This document shows positions 1 to 10,486 of a DNA stretch of 64,000 nt, one piece after another. The notes under the pieces are model-generated. The model was not told the origin of the DNA. It saw nothing but the letters and a program-made list of their open reading frames with translations, and did not search any database. The stretch covers positions 164,030 to 228,029 of the forward strand of contig JBAZWY010000003.1 of assembly GCA_041660125.1 (NCBI GenBank), in the 5' to 3' direction. The position numbers and the translations under genes are program-made. Source of the DNA: Lentimicrobiaceae bacterium (GTDB lineage Bacteria > Bacteroidota > Bacteroidia > Bacteroidales > UBA4417). Position 1 is the stretch's first letter, and each line of letters starts with the position of its first letter.

Positions 1-1023
1 AGCACGATCAATATATTTAATAAGGGTGTCATCGATTGTAGATGGCAGATAAATGGCATTTACACCGGTGGCATACGAATTGTCCACCGGCGTATTAAAA
101 TAAGCCTTTATATCCCCGCTTGAATTGGAAACGGTGGCGAAGGGCATGATCCCTGAATATGCGGTGTCTGGTCCATTTACTGAAAATGCCTGTGTCCAGA
201 TAATCTGTCCGGCAGAAAAACCGGATAGTGAAATGGTGTGGTTAGTAACGTCACCTGCGCCATTAGAATGGTTCGACTTCACAGTTGCGGCTGATAATCC
301 GTAAAACATCTCGGTAGTGCCTGTAATATTGGTTGTCCAGCTGAAATCGAGTTCGGTCTTTGTGAAATTCGTGTTGTTCATCGTACCCATAAGATAAATA
401 GCGCTGGTCCTATGAATATCATTGGTGTCGCGTGGCAGTAACTGGTATCCTCCACTGCCGGTAAAGGTATATTGGGATAATATAGCTGTCATGTTGACCA
501 GGCCATGAGGAATAGGCTGCCCAACGATATTCTGGCCGGTTTTAACGTACATATTTACATTCCCGCCATCTGATGTAATCACATAGGTTTTATTCCCGGC
601 GAATACGCCTCCTGCGTCATTAAAAGACGCATGATTAATTTGCACTAACCTGCCCTCATAGGTTTCACCAATTTGAGCCGGTGTTAATATCATAGGTTCC
701 GGTAGCGGATTACCTGTTGAATCCACAACAACACTTACTAATGGATCGAGTTCGAGCAGACCGTTATAAATTTTAAGTGTACCTGTAACCGTTATCGAAT
801 CGCCTCTGTTTACAGGGCTAACCAATGTCCCATAGGCTGCAATACCTGCAGTATTATCCTGGAAATAACGAATTGGTCCAAATTCAGCAGTATTGGTAAC
901 AATACCCTTAACAGTTACAACTGTTCCCACAGGCATATTACGTGCTTCCTGGATGGTGTTTTGCGCATTTGCAACTAAACCGATCAACAGACAGACTAGC
1001 GCAAGAGTAAATGATTTTTTCAT
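1..1023 (-). CDS. Secreted protein, C-terminal part cut by window edge (signal peptide, OB-fold-like N-terminal region; distal part resembles the start of a PLD-like/nuclease domain)
   Basis: The minus-strand frame is open from the ATG at 1021-1023 to position 1. It is absent from the ORF track because it is truncated. The N-terminus MKKSFTLALVCLLIGLVANAQ is a signal peptide. It is followed by NTIQEARNMPVGTVVTVKGIVT...NGLLELDP, an OB-fold-like module. Confidence 0.6.
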   Translation of the reverse strand, partial: MKKSFTLALVCLLIGLVANAQNTIQEARNMPVGTVVTVKGIVTNTAEFGPIRYFQDNTAGIAAYGTLVSPVNRGDSITVTGTLKIYNGLLELDPLVSVVVDSTGNPLPEPMILTPAQIGETYEGRLVQINHASFNDAGGVFAGNKTYVITSDGGNVNMYVKTGQNIVGQPIPHGLVNMTAILSQYTFTGSGGYQLLPRDTNDIHRTSAIYLMGTMNNTNFTKTELDFSWTTNITGTTEMFYGLSAATVKSNHSNGAGDVTNHTISLSGFSAGQIIWTQAFSVNGPDTAYSGIMPFATVSNSSGDIKAYFNTPVDNSYATGVNAIYLPSTIDDTLIKYIDRA

Positions 1024-1416
1024 ACAATTGATTTTTAGAAATTCAAGGATTGTGTTTTAATATAAACTCTGGAAAGTTAGTTCACTGATGTTTTGCCTGG
1101 AAGCTAACTTTTGCCCGATTGCAGGATATTTATCAGAAAAAATCGGGATACAAACGTACAAGTATTTTTTAAGCAATTGTATGATTATGAAATAAATATG
1201 ATGTTTTAAAAAGTCTTAAAAATAATACGCTATTTTAAAGATCAGGTAATCAATATGATAGGAGAGGTTAAAAAATATTTTTATATGAGAATACTATATT
1301 TTAGGAGTGAAAAAATCACTGTTAAAACCTGATAAGTCATTGAGATTCTTAACAGTTCTTAAAAAAAACCGATCGTCTTTTTTTTTTCTTTAATTTCGTC
1401 ACACAAAAAAAACACT

Positions 1417-2145
1417 GTGTCTGATAGCCTGGTAATAATCCCTACATATAACGAGAAGGAAAACATCGCGAAAATGATTCGAAGAGTTTTCTCGTTACCA
1501 AAAGATTTTCATCTGCTTATTGTGGAGGATAATTCGCCCGATGGTACCGGGGCAATTGTTAAAAGTCTGATGCCTGAATACGAGGGAAAGCTTTTTATCC
1601 TGGAACGCAAAGGCAAACTTGGTCTGGGAACGGCTTATATTGATGGTTTCAAATGGGCGCTTGCGCGAGGTTATGAGTATGTTTTTGAGATGGACTGTGA
1701 TTTTTCACACAATCCTAACGATTTGGTACGACTGTATAATGCCTGTGCTATCGATGGAGCTGATATGGCAATCGGCTCTAGATATATCAAAGGTGTTAAT
1801 GTGGTAAACTGGCCCATGGGTCGCGTGCTGATGTCGTATGGCGCTTCCATGTATGTTCGTTTTATACTTGGAATGCCGGTGGCTGATACTACGGCTGGTT
1901 TTAAATGCTATACTGCAAAAGTACTTCGCACAATCAACCTTGATGCAGTTAAGTTTATGGGGTACGCATTTCAGATTGAGATGAAATATACCGCATGGAA
2001 ACTGGGATTTAAGATTATTGAGGTGCCGATAATTTTCACCGATCGAACCGAAGGAACCTCTAAAATGAGTTCTAAAATTTTTAAAGAAGCCTTCCTGGGT
2101 GTGATGAGCCTTAGATTTAAAAAGATAAAACCTGTGATCACTTAA
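1417..2145 (+). CDS. GT2 family polyprenol-monophosphomannose (dolichyl-phosphate mannose) synthase-like glycosyltransferase
   Basis: 242 aa with a GTG start. The motifs IIPTYNEKENI, IVEDNSPDGT and EMDCDFSH (DXD-like) are typical of Dpm1/Ppm1-type GT2 enzymes. Confidence 0.88.
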   Translation: MSDSLVIIPTYNEKENIAKMIRRVFSLPKDFHLLIVEDNSPDGTGAIVKSLMPEYEGKLFILERKGKLGLGTAYIDGFKWALARGYEYVFEMDCDFSHNPNDLVRLYNACAIDGADMAIGSRYIKGVNVVNWPMGRVLMSYGASMYVRFILGMPVADTTAGFKCYTAKVLRTINLDAVKFMGYAFQIEMKYTAWKLGFKIIEVPIIFTDRTEGTSKMSSKIFKEAFLGVMSLRFKKIKPVIT

Positions 2146-2172
2146 ATCACATCTAAAACAAAATAGGAACCT

Positions 2173-2207
2173 ACCCTTTGATGAGAAATCGTTAAAGGGT
2201 TTTTTTA
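2173..2207 (+). terminator. Rho-independent terminator after the GT2 gene
   Basis: Stem ACCCTTT (2173-2179) pairs with AAAGGGT (2194-2200). A T7 run follows. Confidence 0.7.
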
Positions 2208-2297
2208 TGTGAAATAGTCCGATCTGATAAATTGAAGCATGGATAATAACCTGAAGTACATTACTTTTGCAGCGTTCTAAAAGTATAGCTCTATCGC

Positions 2298-3647
2298 ATG
2301 GAATATAAAGATATTTTAATCCGGAATGCAACAATTGTTAATGAAGGACGGCAATATTCAGGTTATGTTCATATATGCGGGCAATTCATCAAAGCGACCG
2401 GAGAGGGCGATATGGAACCTATCGATGATTGTACCGTAATTGATGTCAAAGGGTTACTGCTGCTTCCCGGTGTGATCGACTGCCATGTACATTTTCGCGA
2501 GCCGGGTATGACACATAAGGCGGATATGTCGTCCGAAAGCAGAGCCGCTGTTGCAGGAGGTGTTACTTCGTTCTTCGAAATGCCTAATACCCAGCCTCAA
2601 ACCATTACACTCGAGTTACTGGAGCAGAAAATGGCACTGGCAGCGGAAAAATCATTGGCGAATTATTCTTTTTTCCTGGGGGCAAGTAACGATAATATCA
2701 GCGAAATCGTTAATGCCAATCCACGTACGGTATGTGGTGTAAAGGTTTTCTTCGGTGCCTCAACCGGTAATATGCTGGTGGATAATATCAATACGCTGGA
2801 AGAAATATTTAAACACTCACCTATCCCGGTGGCTGCTCATTGTGAGGACGAAACAACTATCCGTATTAATAGTGACGCAATGCGTGCGAAATACGGTGAC
2901 GATGTTCCCATGGAAATGCATCCGCTTATTCGCAGCGCTGAAGCTTGTTTTCATTCGAGCGAACTAGCTGTAACCCTGGCACTCAAATACAATACCCGCT
3001 TGCATATTACCCATTTATCGACAGAAGCTGAACTTAGCTTACTCGATAACACATTACCGCTGGAACAAAAACGCATAACTGCCGAGGCTTGTACGCATTA
3101 CCTGTGGTTTTGTGACAAAGATTATGCCCGGCTGGGTACAAAACTGAAAGTAAACCCTGCTGTAAAATCAAGTTCCGACAGGGCAGCCCTCATTCAAGGA
3201 TTGCTGGATAACAAAATTGATATTATCTCGACTGACCATGCCCCGCATCTGGCTCAGGAAAAGGCAGCTACATATTTTAAAGCACCTTCAGGTACACCGC
3301 TTGTGCAACATTCGTTACAAGCCATGTTACAACTAGTGAAACAAGGGAAAATGGCGCTTACAACCCTGGTCGAAAAAATGTGTCATGCCCCAGCGGTTTG
3401 CTATGGTATCGAAAAACGTGGTTTTATCCGTTCCGGTTACTTTGCCGACCTGGTATTGGTAAACCCTGATCAAAAAATGACTGTTCAAAAAGAAAATATA
3501 CTTTATAAATGCGGATGGTCGGTTTTCGAAGGTACAACTTTCGATACACGGGTTGAGAAAACATTTGTTAACGGACGTCTTGTCTATGACATGGGAACAA
3601 TTTACGATGAAGTAAAAGGATTGAGGTTAACTTTCGACAGAAAATAA
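2298..3647 (+). CDS. pyrC: Dihydroorotase (cyclic amidohydrolase family)
   Basis: 449 aa. Metal-binding motifs are DCHVHFREPG, AHCED, HITHLS and STDHAPH. Length and pattern match the long Bacteroidota-type dihydroorotase. Confidence 0.8.
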   Translation: MEYKDILIRNATIVNEGRQYSGYVHICGQFIKATGEGDMEPIDDCTVIDVKGLLLLPGVIDCHVHFREPGMTHKADMSSESRAAVAGGVTSFFEMPNTQPQTITLELLEQKMALAAEKSLANYSFFLGASNDNISEIVNANPRTVCGVKVFFGASTGNMLVDNINTLEEIFKHSPIPVAAHCEDETTIRINSDAMRAKYGDDVPMEMHPLIRSAEACFHSSELAVTLALKYNTRLHITHLSTEAELSLLDNTLPLEQKRITAEACTHYLWFCDKDYARLGTKLKVNPAVKSSSDRAALIQGLLDNKIDIISTDHAPHLAQEKAATYFKAPSGTPLVQHSLQAMLQLVKQGKMALTTLVEKMCHAPAVCYGIEKRGFIRSGYFADLVLVNPDQKMTVQKENILYKCGWSVFEGTTFDTRVEKTFVNGRLVYDMGTIYDEVKGLRLTFDRK

Positions 3648-3652
3648 GAATA

Positions 3653-4108
3653 ATGAAGAAAATACTACTTGTTATCATATTGCTTGTTGCGGTAGCATTT
3701 GGATGTTCCCGTAAAAAAATAGTAGAGGCTACTTATGAAAACGGTAATCCCAGGATAGTAAAGTATTACCACAAACAAGCAGGCAACCTGGTTCTCGATA
3801 GGGAAGTGGTATATTATCAGAATAAACAAATAAAAATAGACGGCGAATACAAAGACCACCAACGTAATGGACGCTGGAAGGCCTGGTACGAAAACGGTAA
3901 TTTGTGGAGCGAAGGCGAATACAAAGATGGGAAGCGCAACGGGCAAGGGATTGCCTATCACGAAAACGGGAAAAAGTACATCGAAGGCATATACCGTGAT
4001 GATATTCGTGTGGGGGTTTGGCACTTTTACGATACCACAGGTGTCTTAACGAAAGAAGTCAATTTCGACCTTGTTCCCAAATCAATGGAAAGCGATTCCT
4101 CTAAATAA
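3653..4108 (+). CDS. MORN-repeat (YwqK-like) lipoprotein
   Basis: 151 aa. Lipobox LLVAVAFGC. Repeated GEYKDxxRNGxWKxWYENG units are MORN variant repeats. Confidence 0.7.
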   Translation: MKKILLVIILLVAVAFGCSRKKIVEATYENGNPRIVKYYHKQAGNLVLDREVVYYQNKQIKIDGEYKDHQRNGRWKAWYENGNLWSEGEYKDGKRNGQGIAYHENGKKYIEGIYRDDIRVGVWHFYDTTGVLTKEVNFDLVPKSMESDSSK

Positions 4109-4246
4109 GTGCATAGAGTGCCTAAAGTGCCTAGAGTGCCTAAAGTAATTAGAGTGATGTAACTTTTAGTTTGAGTAGTTATTGCATTTTGAACTTAACA
4201 GATCAACTTTAGGCACTTCAACTTTAAGTACTTTAGGCACTTATAT
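4109..4246. repeat. Imperfect hairpin with tandem-repeat arms (9-bp unit AGTGCCTAR), located between convergent genes
   Basis: The left arm agagtgcctaaagtgcctagagtgcctaaagt is complementary to the right arm actttaggcacttcaactttaagtactttaggcact. Confidence 0.8.
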
Positions 4247-5287
4247 TTAGTTCAGGCTGAACGTCACATATACCGGCAGGTGATCGCTGTAGCCACCAAA
4301 GTATTTTGCTCCCATGGTGCGGTTAGGCCGCGCTTTCCCGCTTTTATCTTTGAAAAGCAAGTATTCTGCACTGAAAATATTCGCATCCTGCACTGAGGTA
4401 TGCAGGCCTTTTTGTTTCATAAGCATATTTCCTGAAACGATTATCTGGTCGAAAAGATCCCAGTCTTTGTAGTACAGGCTGCCTTCCCCTTTTTTAAACT
4501 GTGGGTATAACAGGCTGTATAAGTTATTATTGCTGATTGCCTGATCCGGATTCAGCGCTTTTAAGCCTTGGGTAATGCTGTTATCTGAAGGTTCGTCATT
4601 AAAATCGCCGAGAATAAGGATATTGGGCGACTTTTCAAGTTTTTGAATTTCGTCGAGTTTAGCACGTAGCACCTTTGCTGCTACCATACGTTTCGGCTCA
4701 GAGAGTTCTGATCCTTCGCGTCGCGATGGCCAGTGATTAATAAAAACATGTACTATTTCGCCCGAAATAAGTTTGCCTTTAACATAAAGTATATCGCGGG
4801 TACGATCGTTACCAGGAAGTACCACGTTTAATGGCTCTGATGAAATCACCTTAAAAGTGGACGGGTTATAAAGCATGGCTACATCTATTCCTCTTTCGTC
4901 GGGACTGTCGTAATGAACGATACTATATTTTGTCTTGCTGAGCGAGAATGAATTAGTAAGCATTTCGAGAACCTGCTGGTTTTCAATTTCAGCAAATCCC
5001 ACAAGATCGGGCAAAGCAGGCTTGGTAATATCCGTTAAAACCTGGCCGATATGGTTAATTTTGGTTTCAAGCCGTTCTTCTGTCCAGGGGACTTTTGCGG
5101 TAGGCGTAAATTCCTCGTCGTTGATTTTCGGGTCATTCTGTGTGTCATATAGGTTTTCAACATTATAAAACACGGCTACAAATGACCGCTTTGAAGGTTT
5201 TGTTATATTCTTTGCCGGTTGGGCATAGGCAGTAAGCAGTGGAAGCACTGCTATTGCAATAAAAAGGTTCCTGATTTTCATGTGCAA
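4247..5287 (-). CDS. Endonuclease/exonuclease/phosphatase (EEP) family secreted protein
   Basis: 346 aa with a signal peptide. Motifs VAVFYNVENLYD, GFAEIEN, LGDFNDEP and SDHLPV are typical of the EEP fold. Confidence 0.82.
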   Translation of the reverse strand: MHMKIRNLFIAIAVLPLLTAYAQPAKNITKPSKRSFVAVFYNVENLYDTQNDPKINDEEFTPTAKVPWTEERLETKINHIGQVLTDITKPALPDLVGFAEIENQQVLEMLTNSFSLSKTKYSIVHYDSPDERGIDVAMLYNPSTFKVISSEPLNVVLPGNDRTRDILYVKGKLISGEIVHVFINHWPSRREGSELSEPKRMVAAKVLRAKLDEIQKLEKSPNILILGDFNDEPSDNSITQGLKALNPDQAISNNNLYSLLYPQFKKGEGSLYYKDWDLFDQIIVSGNMLMKQKGLHTSVQDANIFSAEYLLFKDKSGKARPNRTMGAKYFGGYSDHLPVYVTFSLN

Positions 5288-5357
5288 ATATACTGTTTAA
5301 TTCTCTTTGTGAAAGTGCGAAAGCAATGCTTCAGGCCTTTTAAATTCGATGAGGAAT

Positions 5358-5392
5358 AAAAAAAGCCGGTCTCGAAAGAAACCGGCTTTTTA
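5358..5392 (-). terminator. Rho-independent terminator for the 5411..6301 gene
   Basis: Stem AGCCGGT (5364-5370) pairs with ACCGGCT (5381-5387). Read on the minus strand the hairpin is followed by a T run. An A run and a T run flank it, so it may work in both directions. Confidence 0.75.
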
Positions 5393-5410
5393 TTTAATAA
5401 GGTTTATACT

Positions 5411-6301
5411 TTAGTTAGCAGCAATCACAAGGAATTTGCTTTTGCTCCAGAAGTCAGTATAGTTAAGAATAACCAGTTTTTCAACCATTTTCTTGTCGTT
5501 AGCTACAAATTTGTAGGATCCGGTAGGATGGGTTGAGATAAGAACTGCTTTTTTCTTATTAATTGGAAGTTCAGTGAAAGTCGTGATATCAACTTTTGTA
5601 AAATTGGATTTATCAATATCTGCAGCCAATTCCTTAGAACGGCCAATACCAATGAATCCGCCTGTTTTGTCAATGATCTTCTTGTCTTTCAGTTCCTTGG
5701 TTGAGCCTATAGCATAATAACCGGTGTTGAGGGCAGCTGTTTTTTCATCAATAGCTTGCTGTTTGGCTTTGTTTTCAGCACTAAGGTTGTCAACGTTGGT
5801 GTTCAGAGTTGTTACCTGGTTGCCTAAATCAGCAACCTTAATATTTAATTTACCTAGCTGATCTTTTAAATCAGCAATTTCAGCATCTTTCTCAACGATT
5901 GATTTGTTGAGGTTATCAATCATTAATTCGAGTTCAGCTACCTTGGCATTGGAGCCTTTAAGTTGTTTGCGCAATGAAGCAACCATTTCGCGGTTCTTCT
6001 GCAACATTTTATAAATAGCATTAATGTCACCGGTGATCTGCTCGCGTGCACTGGTTTGTACTTCTGTACCACCTTTGGTGCTCTGGTTGATCATGTTCTC
6101 TTTCATTTTGATTGAGTCGAGGTTCGACTGAATCTCATTAAAAGCCCTTACAAATTCCATAACCGTAGTGTCTTTCTGGAAGCCAAGAGCCAGCAAACTG
6201 TCGTTTTTAGCTTTCAGTCTTGCATTTTCTTCTTTCATCTTATTGCAACTCATGGTCATTAACATGGCCGGAATCAACATTAATAAAAATAATTTTTTCA
6301 T
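5411..6301 (-). CDS. Coiled-coil lipoprotein of unknown function
   Basis: 296 aa. Lipobox LMTMSC. The central region is heptad-rich (LKDQLGKLNIKVADLGNQVTTLNTNVDNL). The C-terminal domain appears globular. Confidence 0.7.
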   Translation of the reverse strand: MKKLFLLMLIPAMLMTMSCNKMKEENARLKAKNDSLLALGFQKDTTVMEFVRAFNEIQSNLDSIKMKENMINQSTKGGTEVQTSAREQITGDINAIYKMLQKNREMVASLRKQLKGSNAKVAELELMIDNLNKSIVEKDAEIADLKDQLGKLNIKVADLGNQVTTLNTNVDNLSAENKAKQQAIDEKTAALNTGYYAIGSTKELKDKKIIDKTGGFIGIGRSKELAADIDKSNFTKVDITTFTELPINKKKAVLISTHPTGSYKFVANDKKMVEKLVILNYTDFWSKSKFLVIAAN

Positions 6302-6763
6302 AATTTCTTTTGGTTAGTGGTTAAATAATGTACAAATGTACAATGAATTGTTCGAAAATGATTTTAATTGGAAAAATAATTATTTGATTTAATCATAAAA
6401 ATCAATACAGGTAAAGGGTATTAGAGAATATTATTTTATTATTTACAAAAATTAATATTTTCATGTTCTAATCAGATTTTTAAGATGAGTTCTTTTTGTT
6501 TAAAACAATTATTTTTTAATGCAGGGCCTGAATGACTCAGAATACTTTCGGATTACTTCTAATTTCCTTGTCTTTGACCGCAAAATATGTTCCATAAACA
6601 ATATAGTACACTTATTTGATTACCGAATTCCTTAAAAAGGAAATCATGAAGTACTCATGGAATTATTCCCCGACAATATTGCTGCCGCTAACTGGACTGT
6701 TAAAATTGCTTAGTTTTCAACCTCATTGGGCTTTTCGTTATCTTTGCCAAATTACTTACGAAT

Positions 6764-7954
6764 ATGACAGTGTATCCTCAAATCATTCTGAAACCAGGCA
6801 AAGATGGCCCGATATTGCGTTTTCATCCCTGGATTTTTTCGGGAGCCATTGAGAAAACAATCGGCAAACCGGCTGAAGGTGATATTGTGGAGTGTTTTTC
6901 CGCGTCGGGAGCTTACCTGGCTACAGGCCATTGTATGCCGGGATCGTTAGCTGTAAAACTTTTTACTTTCAAAAAGCAGCAGATAAATGAAGCTTTCTGG
7001 CACACAAAGATCAATGAGGCATGGCAGGTACGAAAAACTTTGGGTCTTACTGATAATCCCTGTACCAATGCTTATCGGCTTGTGCACAACGAAGGCGATA
7101 ATATGCCAGGACTTATTGTGGATGTTTATGGCTCCCTGGCCGTGCTTCAGGCACATTCAACCGGAATGCATGATATCAGGCAGACGCTGGCTGAAGCGGT
7201 TGTAGCCGTGAGCGAAGGTAAAATTAACACTGTTTATGACAAGAGTGCCGAAGCCATCCGGAAAATGACAGGTCGTAAAGTGGATGATGGTTTCCTGGCT
7301 GGCTATGTTGGCGAATGTGAAGTTCTTGAAAATGATCATCGTTTTCATATAGATGCGGTTACAGGACAAAAGACAGGATTTTTTCTCGATCAGCGCGAAA
7401 ACCGAGAACTGTTTGCCCGGTATGCCAAAGGCAGGAATGTATTGAATATGTTCGGATATACTGCCGGGTTTTCGGTATATGCTGCAAAAGCAGGAGCCAG
7501 GGTAGTTCATACTGTTGATAGTTCAGCCCCGGCTATACTTATCGCTGAAAGAAACATGAAACTGAATGGCTTCAATTCGCCTGAATACAACTGTTTTACA
7601 GCCGATGCCCGTAAGTATATCGAAACCATGGAGCAAGGACACTATGATTTAATTGCGCTCGATCCACCGGCTTATGCCAAAAACGTAGCTTCACGTAACC
7701 AGGCACTGAAAGGTTACAGGACAATAAACGCAATGGCTTTGTCAAAAATTAAAAGCGGTGGAGTGTTGTTCACTTTCTCCTGTTCCCAGGTTGTTGACAG
7801 GCAGATGTTTACTTCGGCAGTTACAGCAGCAGCAATAGACGCGGGCCGGCAGGTGCGGATTATTCAACATCTCTCTCAGCCGCCTGACCACCCGGTAAAT
7901 ATTTTTCATCAGGAAGGAGAATATTTGAAGGGATTGGTATTGCTTGTGGATTAG
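6764..7954 (+). CDS. rlmI: Class I SAM-dependent 23S rRNA (cytosine-C5) methyltransferase RlmI-like
   Basis: 396 aa. PUA-like N-terminus (ILKPGKDGPILRFHPWIFSGAI). QKTGFFLDQRENR motif. SAM fold with LDPPAY. Confidence 0.82.
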   Translation: MTVYPQIILKPGKDGPILRFHPWIFSGAIEKTIGKPAEGDIVECFSASGAYLATGHCMPGSLAVKLFTFKKQQINEAFWHTKINEAWQVRKTLGLTDNPCTNAYRLVHNEGDNMPGLIVDVYGSLAVLQAHSTGMHDIRQTLAEAVVAVSEGKINTVYDKSAEAIRKMTGRKVDDGFLAGYVGECEVLENDHRFHIDAVTGQKTGFFLDQRENRELFARYAKGRNVLNMFGYTAGFSVYAAKAGARVVHTVDSSAPAILIAERNMKLNGFNSPEYNCFTADARKYIETMEQGHYDLIALDPPAYAKNVASRNQALKGYRTINAMALSKIKSGGVLFTFSCSQVVDRQMFTSAVTAAAIDAGRQVRIIQHLSQPPDHPVNIFHQEGEYLKGLVLLVD

Positions 7955-8205
7955 TTGGATACACATTCAACTGAATAAATTCAATGGTTTTAAAAGACCG
8001 AAGCCCCAAATTCCAGGAACCAGGATACAAGGGAATATCAAAGAAAAGTTAATTATTCAATGCTTCGAGTATTGCGGACTTGTCCCGCCGCGGCAGGATG
8101 GGATTTGGGACTTGACATTTAGAATTTGTATCCCGGGATTTCCCTCAAGGAATCACATTTTATCCCTTAACTATTTTCAATTTTCTATTAACTCAACACC
8201 ACCCC

Positions 8206-8598
8206 CTACCACGATTCCTTACTATTTTTCAGTTGATCAATAACCCGGCGTTGTTTTTTTGTAGGCCTGCCAATTCCGCGATCACGGTATTCGCTGTTGG
8301 TATCATTTATCAGTTTCACCCTATCGTATTCAGCCTGAACCGTAAGGTCTTCCATAAAATCAGGAACAAGTTTTGCGTTAACCCGGCTTTTGGGGAATTG
8401 CTTTACGCGAATGGTTTTAAACAAGGGATTCAGACTGACTGTAATAATGTCACCTTCTTTAATTTCCTTTGAGGCTTTAACGTTACTGCCTTCCATTTTA
8501 ACTTTCCCGGCCTTACATGCGTCCGTAGCCAGGCTCCTGGATTTAAACAGCCGGACTTCGCAAAGCCATTTGTCAATTCGTAACGTTTCGTTTCCCAT
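8206..8598 (-). CDS. S4-domain RNA-binding protein (Hsp15/HslR-like)
   Basis: 130 aa. LRIDKWLCEVRLFKSRSLATDACKAGKVKMEG is an S4 alpha-L motif. Confidence 0.78.
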   Translation of the reverse strand: MGNETLRIDKWLCEVRLFKSRSLATDACKAGKVKMEGSNVKASKEIKEGDIITVSLNPLFKTIRVKQFPKSRVNAKLVPDFMEDLTVQAEYDRVKLINDTNSEYRDRGIGRPTKKQRRVIDQLKNSKESW

Positions 8599-8745
8599 TT
8601 TTGTTATGAGAGAGGGTTGGTTGAATTGGAGATGTTTAGAAGTGAGTGGTAGAGTGGGAGAAGGGGCGAAAGGATGATCAGGCGATGAACCGCAAGGCGA
8701 TCATTCTTCCACATCCGACATCTAACATTCGACATCCCACATTAA

Positions 8746-10050
8746 TTACTTTTTCCTGAAATATATTTCCATTGGAGTTCCCGTAAAGTTGAACTCTTCC
8801 CGTATCCTGTTTTCGGCAAATCGTTTGTATGGGTCTTTCACATACTGAGGAAGGTTGCAGAAAAGCACAAAACTGGGATAGGGTGTCTTGATTTGGGTGA
8901 TGTATTTGATTCTAACTTCTTTTCCTTTAATAAATGGAGGCGGAGTGCCTTCAAAAATGGGTAAAAGCACATCGTTCAGTTTACGGGTGGGAATGCGTTT
9001 TCTGCGGTTTTCATATACAGATGTAGCTTCTTCAAGGGCTTTATGGATGCGTTGCTTGGTTAGAACCGAAGTAAAAATAATAGGAACATCCGAAAAAGGA
9101 GCTATGTTTTTACGGATAGCTTCTTCAAAGTACTTGTGCGTTTGTGTATCTTTTTCAACCAGGTCCCATTTGTTTACAATGATAACGATGCCTTTGTGAT
9201 TGTTTTGGGCCAGTTTAAAAATATTCATATCCTGCGATTCCCAACCTTGTGTGGCATCGATCATCAGGAGTACTACTTCGCTGCTTTCGATGGCCCGGAT
9301 AGAGCGCATTACTGAGTAGAATTCAATATTCTCGAATACTTTCGATTTTTTGCGTAACCCGGCTGTATCAACCAGGAGGAAGTCGAATCCGAACGAATTG
9401 TAACGGGTATAAATGCTGTCGCGTGTGGTTCCGGCAACAGGCGTAACTATATTTCGCTCAACGCCAAGCAACGCATTTACAAAGGATGATTTCCCGACAT
9501 TCGGTCTTCCAACAACCGTAAACTTCGGCAGGTCGGGGAGGGTTTCGGGTGTATCTTTATTGAATTCTTTTACTATCTCATCGAGCAGGTCACCGGTACC
9601 ACCCCCGTTAGATGAAGAAATGCCGAACATGTCTTTGAAACCCAGGCTGTAAAAATCCGAAACCTCGTGGAATTTATCAGGACTGTCAATTTTGTTTACG
9701 GCCAGAAATGATTTTTTAGGTGAACGGCGGATCATATTGGCTACATCCTTATCCAGCGGAGTAAGACCTTCGCGGGCATCAACCATCAACAGGATAACAT
9801 CTGCTTCTTCGATGGCAAGTTCAACCTGTTTGATGATTTCGTGTTCAAAAACATCATCGCCGCCGACAACTACACCACCGGTATCGATTATCGAAAATTC
9901 AATTCCATTCCAGTCGCTGTGGCCGTAATGGCGGTCGCGTGTAACTCCGCTGGTAGGATCCACAATTGCTTCGAGCGAACCGGTCATGCGATTAAAAAAA
10001 GTGCTTTTCCCAACATTTGGGCGGCCAACAATAGCCAGAATATTTGCCAT
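8746..10050 (-). CDS. der: Ribosome-biogenesis GTPase Der (EngA)
   Basis: 434 aa with two tandem GTPase domains. P-loops are GRPNVGKST and GRPNVGKSS, with DTGG/DTAG and NKID/NKWD motifs. A KH-like C-terminus follows. Confidence 0.95.
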   Translation of the reverse strand: MANILAIVGRPNVGKSTFFNRMTGSLEAIVDPTSGVTRDRHYGHSDWNGIEFSIIDTGGVVVGGDDVFEHEIIKQVELAIEEADVILLMVDAREGLTPLDKDVANMIRRSPKKSFLAVNKIDSPDKFHEVSDFYSLGFKDMFGISSSNGGGTGDLLDEIVKEFNKDTPETLPDLPKFTVVGRPNVGKSSFVNALLGVERNIVTPVAGTTRDSIYTRYNSFGFDFLLVDTAGLRKKSKVFENIEFYSVMRSIRAIESSEVVLLMIDATQGWESQDMNIFKLAQNNHKGIVIIVNKWDLVEKDTQTHKYFEEAIRKNIAPFSDVPIIFTSVLTKQRIHKALEEATSVYENRRKRIPTRKLNDVLLPIFEGTPPPFIKGKEVRIKYITQIKTPYPSFVLFCNLPQYVKDPYKRFAENRIREEFNFTGTPMEIYFRKK

Positions 10051-10486
10051 GAGTAATTTTTGCTTTGCTCTGTTTGGACTGGATATTAAAGTATTTCAGG
10101 TATTTGCAACCCAAAGTACTCAGTGCGCAAACTGAATTTCTAATTTTCGGCAAAGGTAGCCTAAATTCTGAATTTTTTCATAATTGTTTCTGATTTAATG
10201 GTATAGGGTGTTTTAAGTAGCAGTAGAATTTCTTTATCGTTTAAATGAATGCCGGGAAATTAAGCAAGGTTTAGGGATAAATTTGAAAAACCGGAATTTT
10301 CTCAGAATCAATTGCATATTTGGTAAACAATTCGGCAAAATTAATTGTTATTGAAATCTGTTATTCTTGGTTTTTCCAGCTCACCATTTTTCTAGCTGGG
10401 ATACAATTATCTTCAACCTCTTTGAAGGTTCAGCTCTTTTTCATTTTTTGGAATTTAATCTGTGAAAACAATCTAAAACCATTGTT

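Noticed and set aside
6302-6763. I checked the long AT-rich intergenic regions (6302-6763 and 10051-10486) for ncRNA, riboswitch or tRNA-like structure.
   Set aside because: I could not recognise any conserved riboswitch core, tRNA cloverleaf or notable repeat by eye. They probably hold only promoters for the flanking divergent genes.
7944-8243. The track ORFs 7944..8243 (+), 8390..8677 (+) and 16008..16253 (-) lie in intergenic DNA.
   Set aside because: They read through repeat or hairpin regions or overlap real genes. Their sequences are repeat translations (for example EPGTWHLEPGTW) with no start context.
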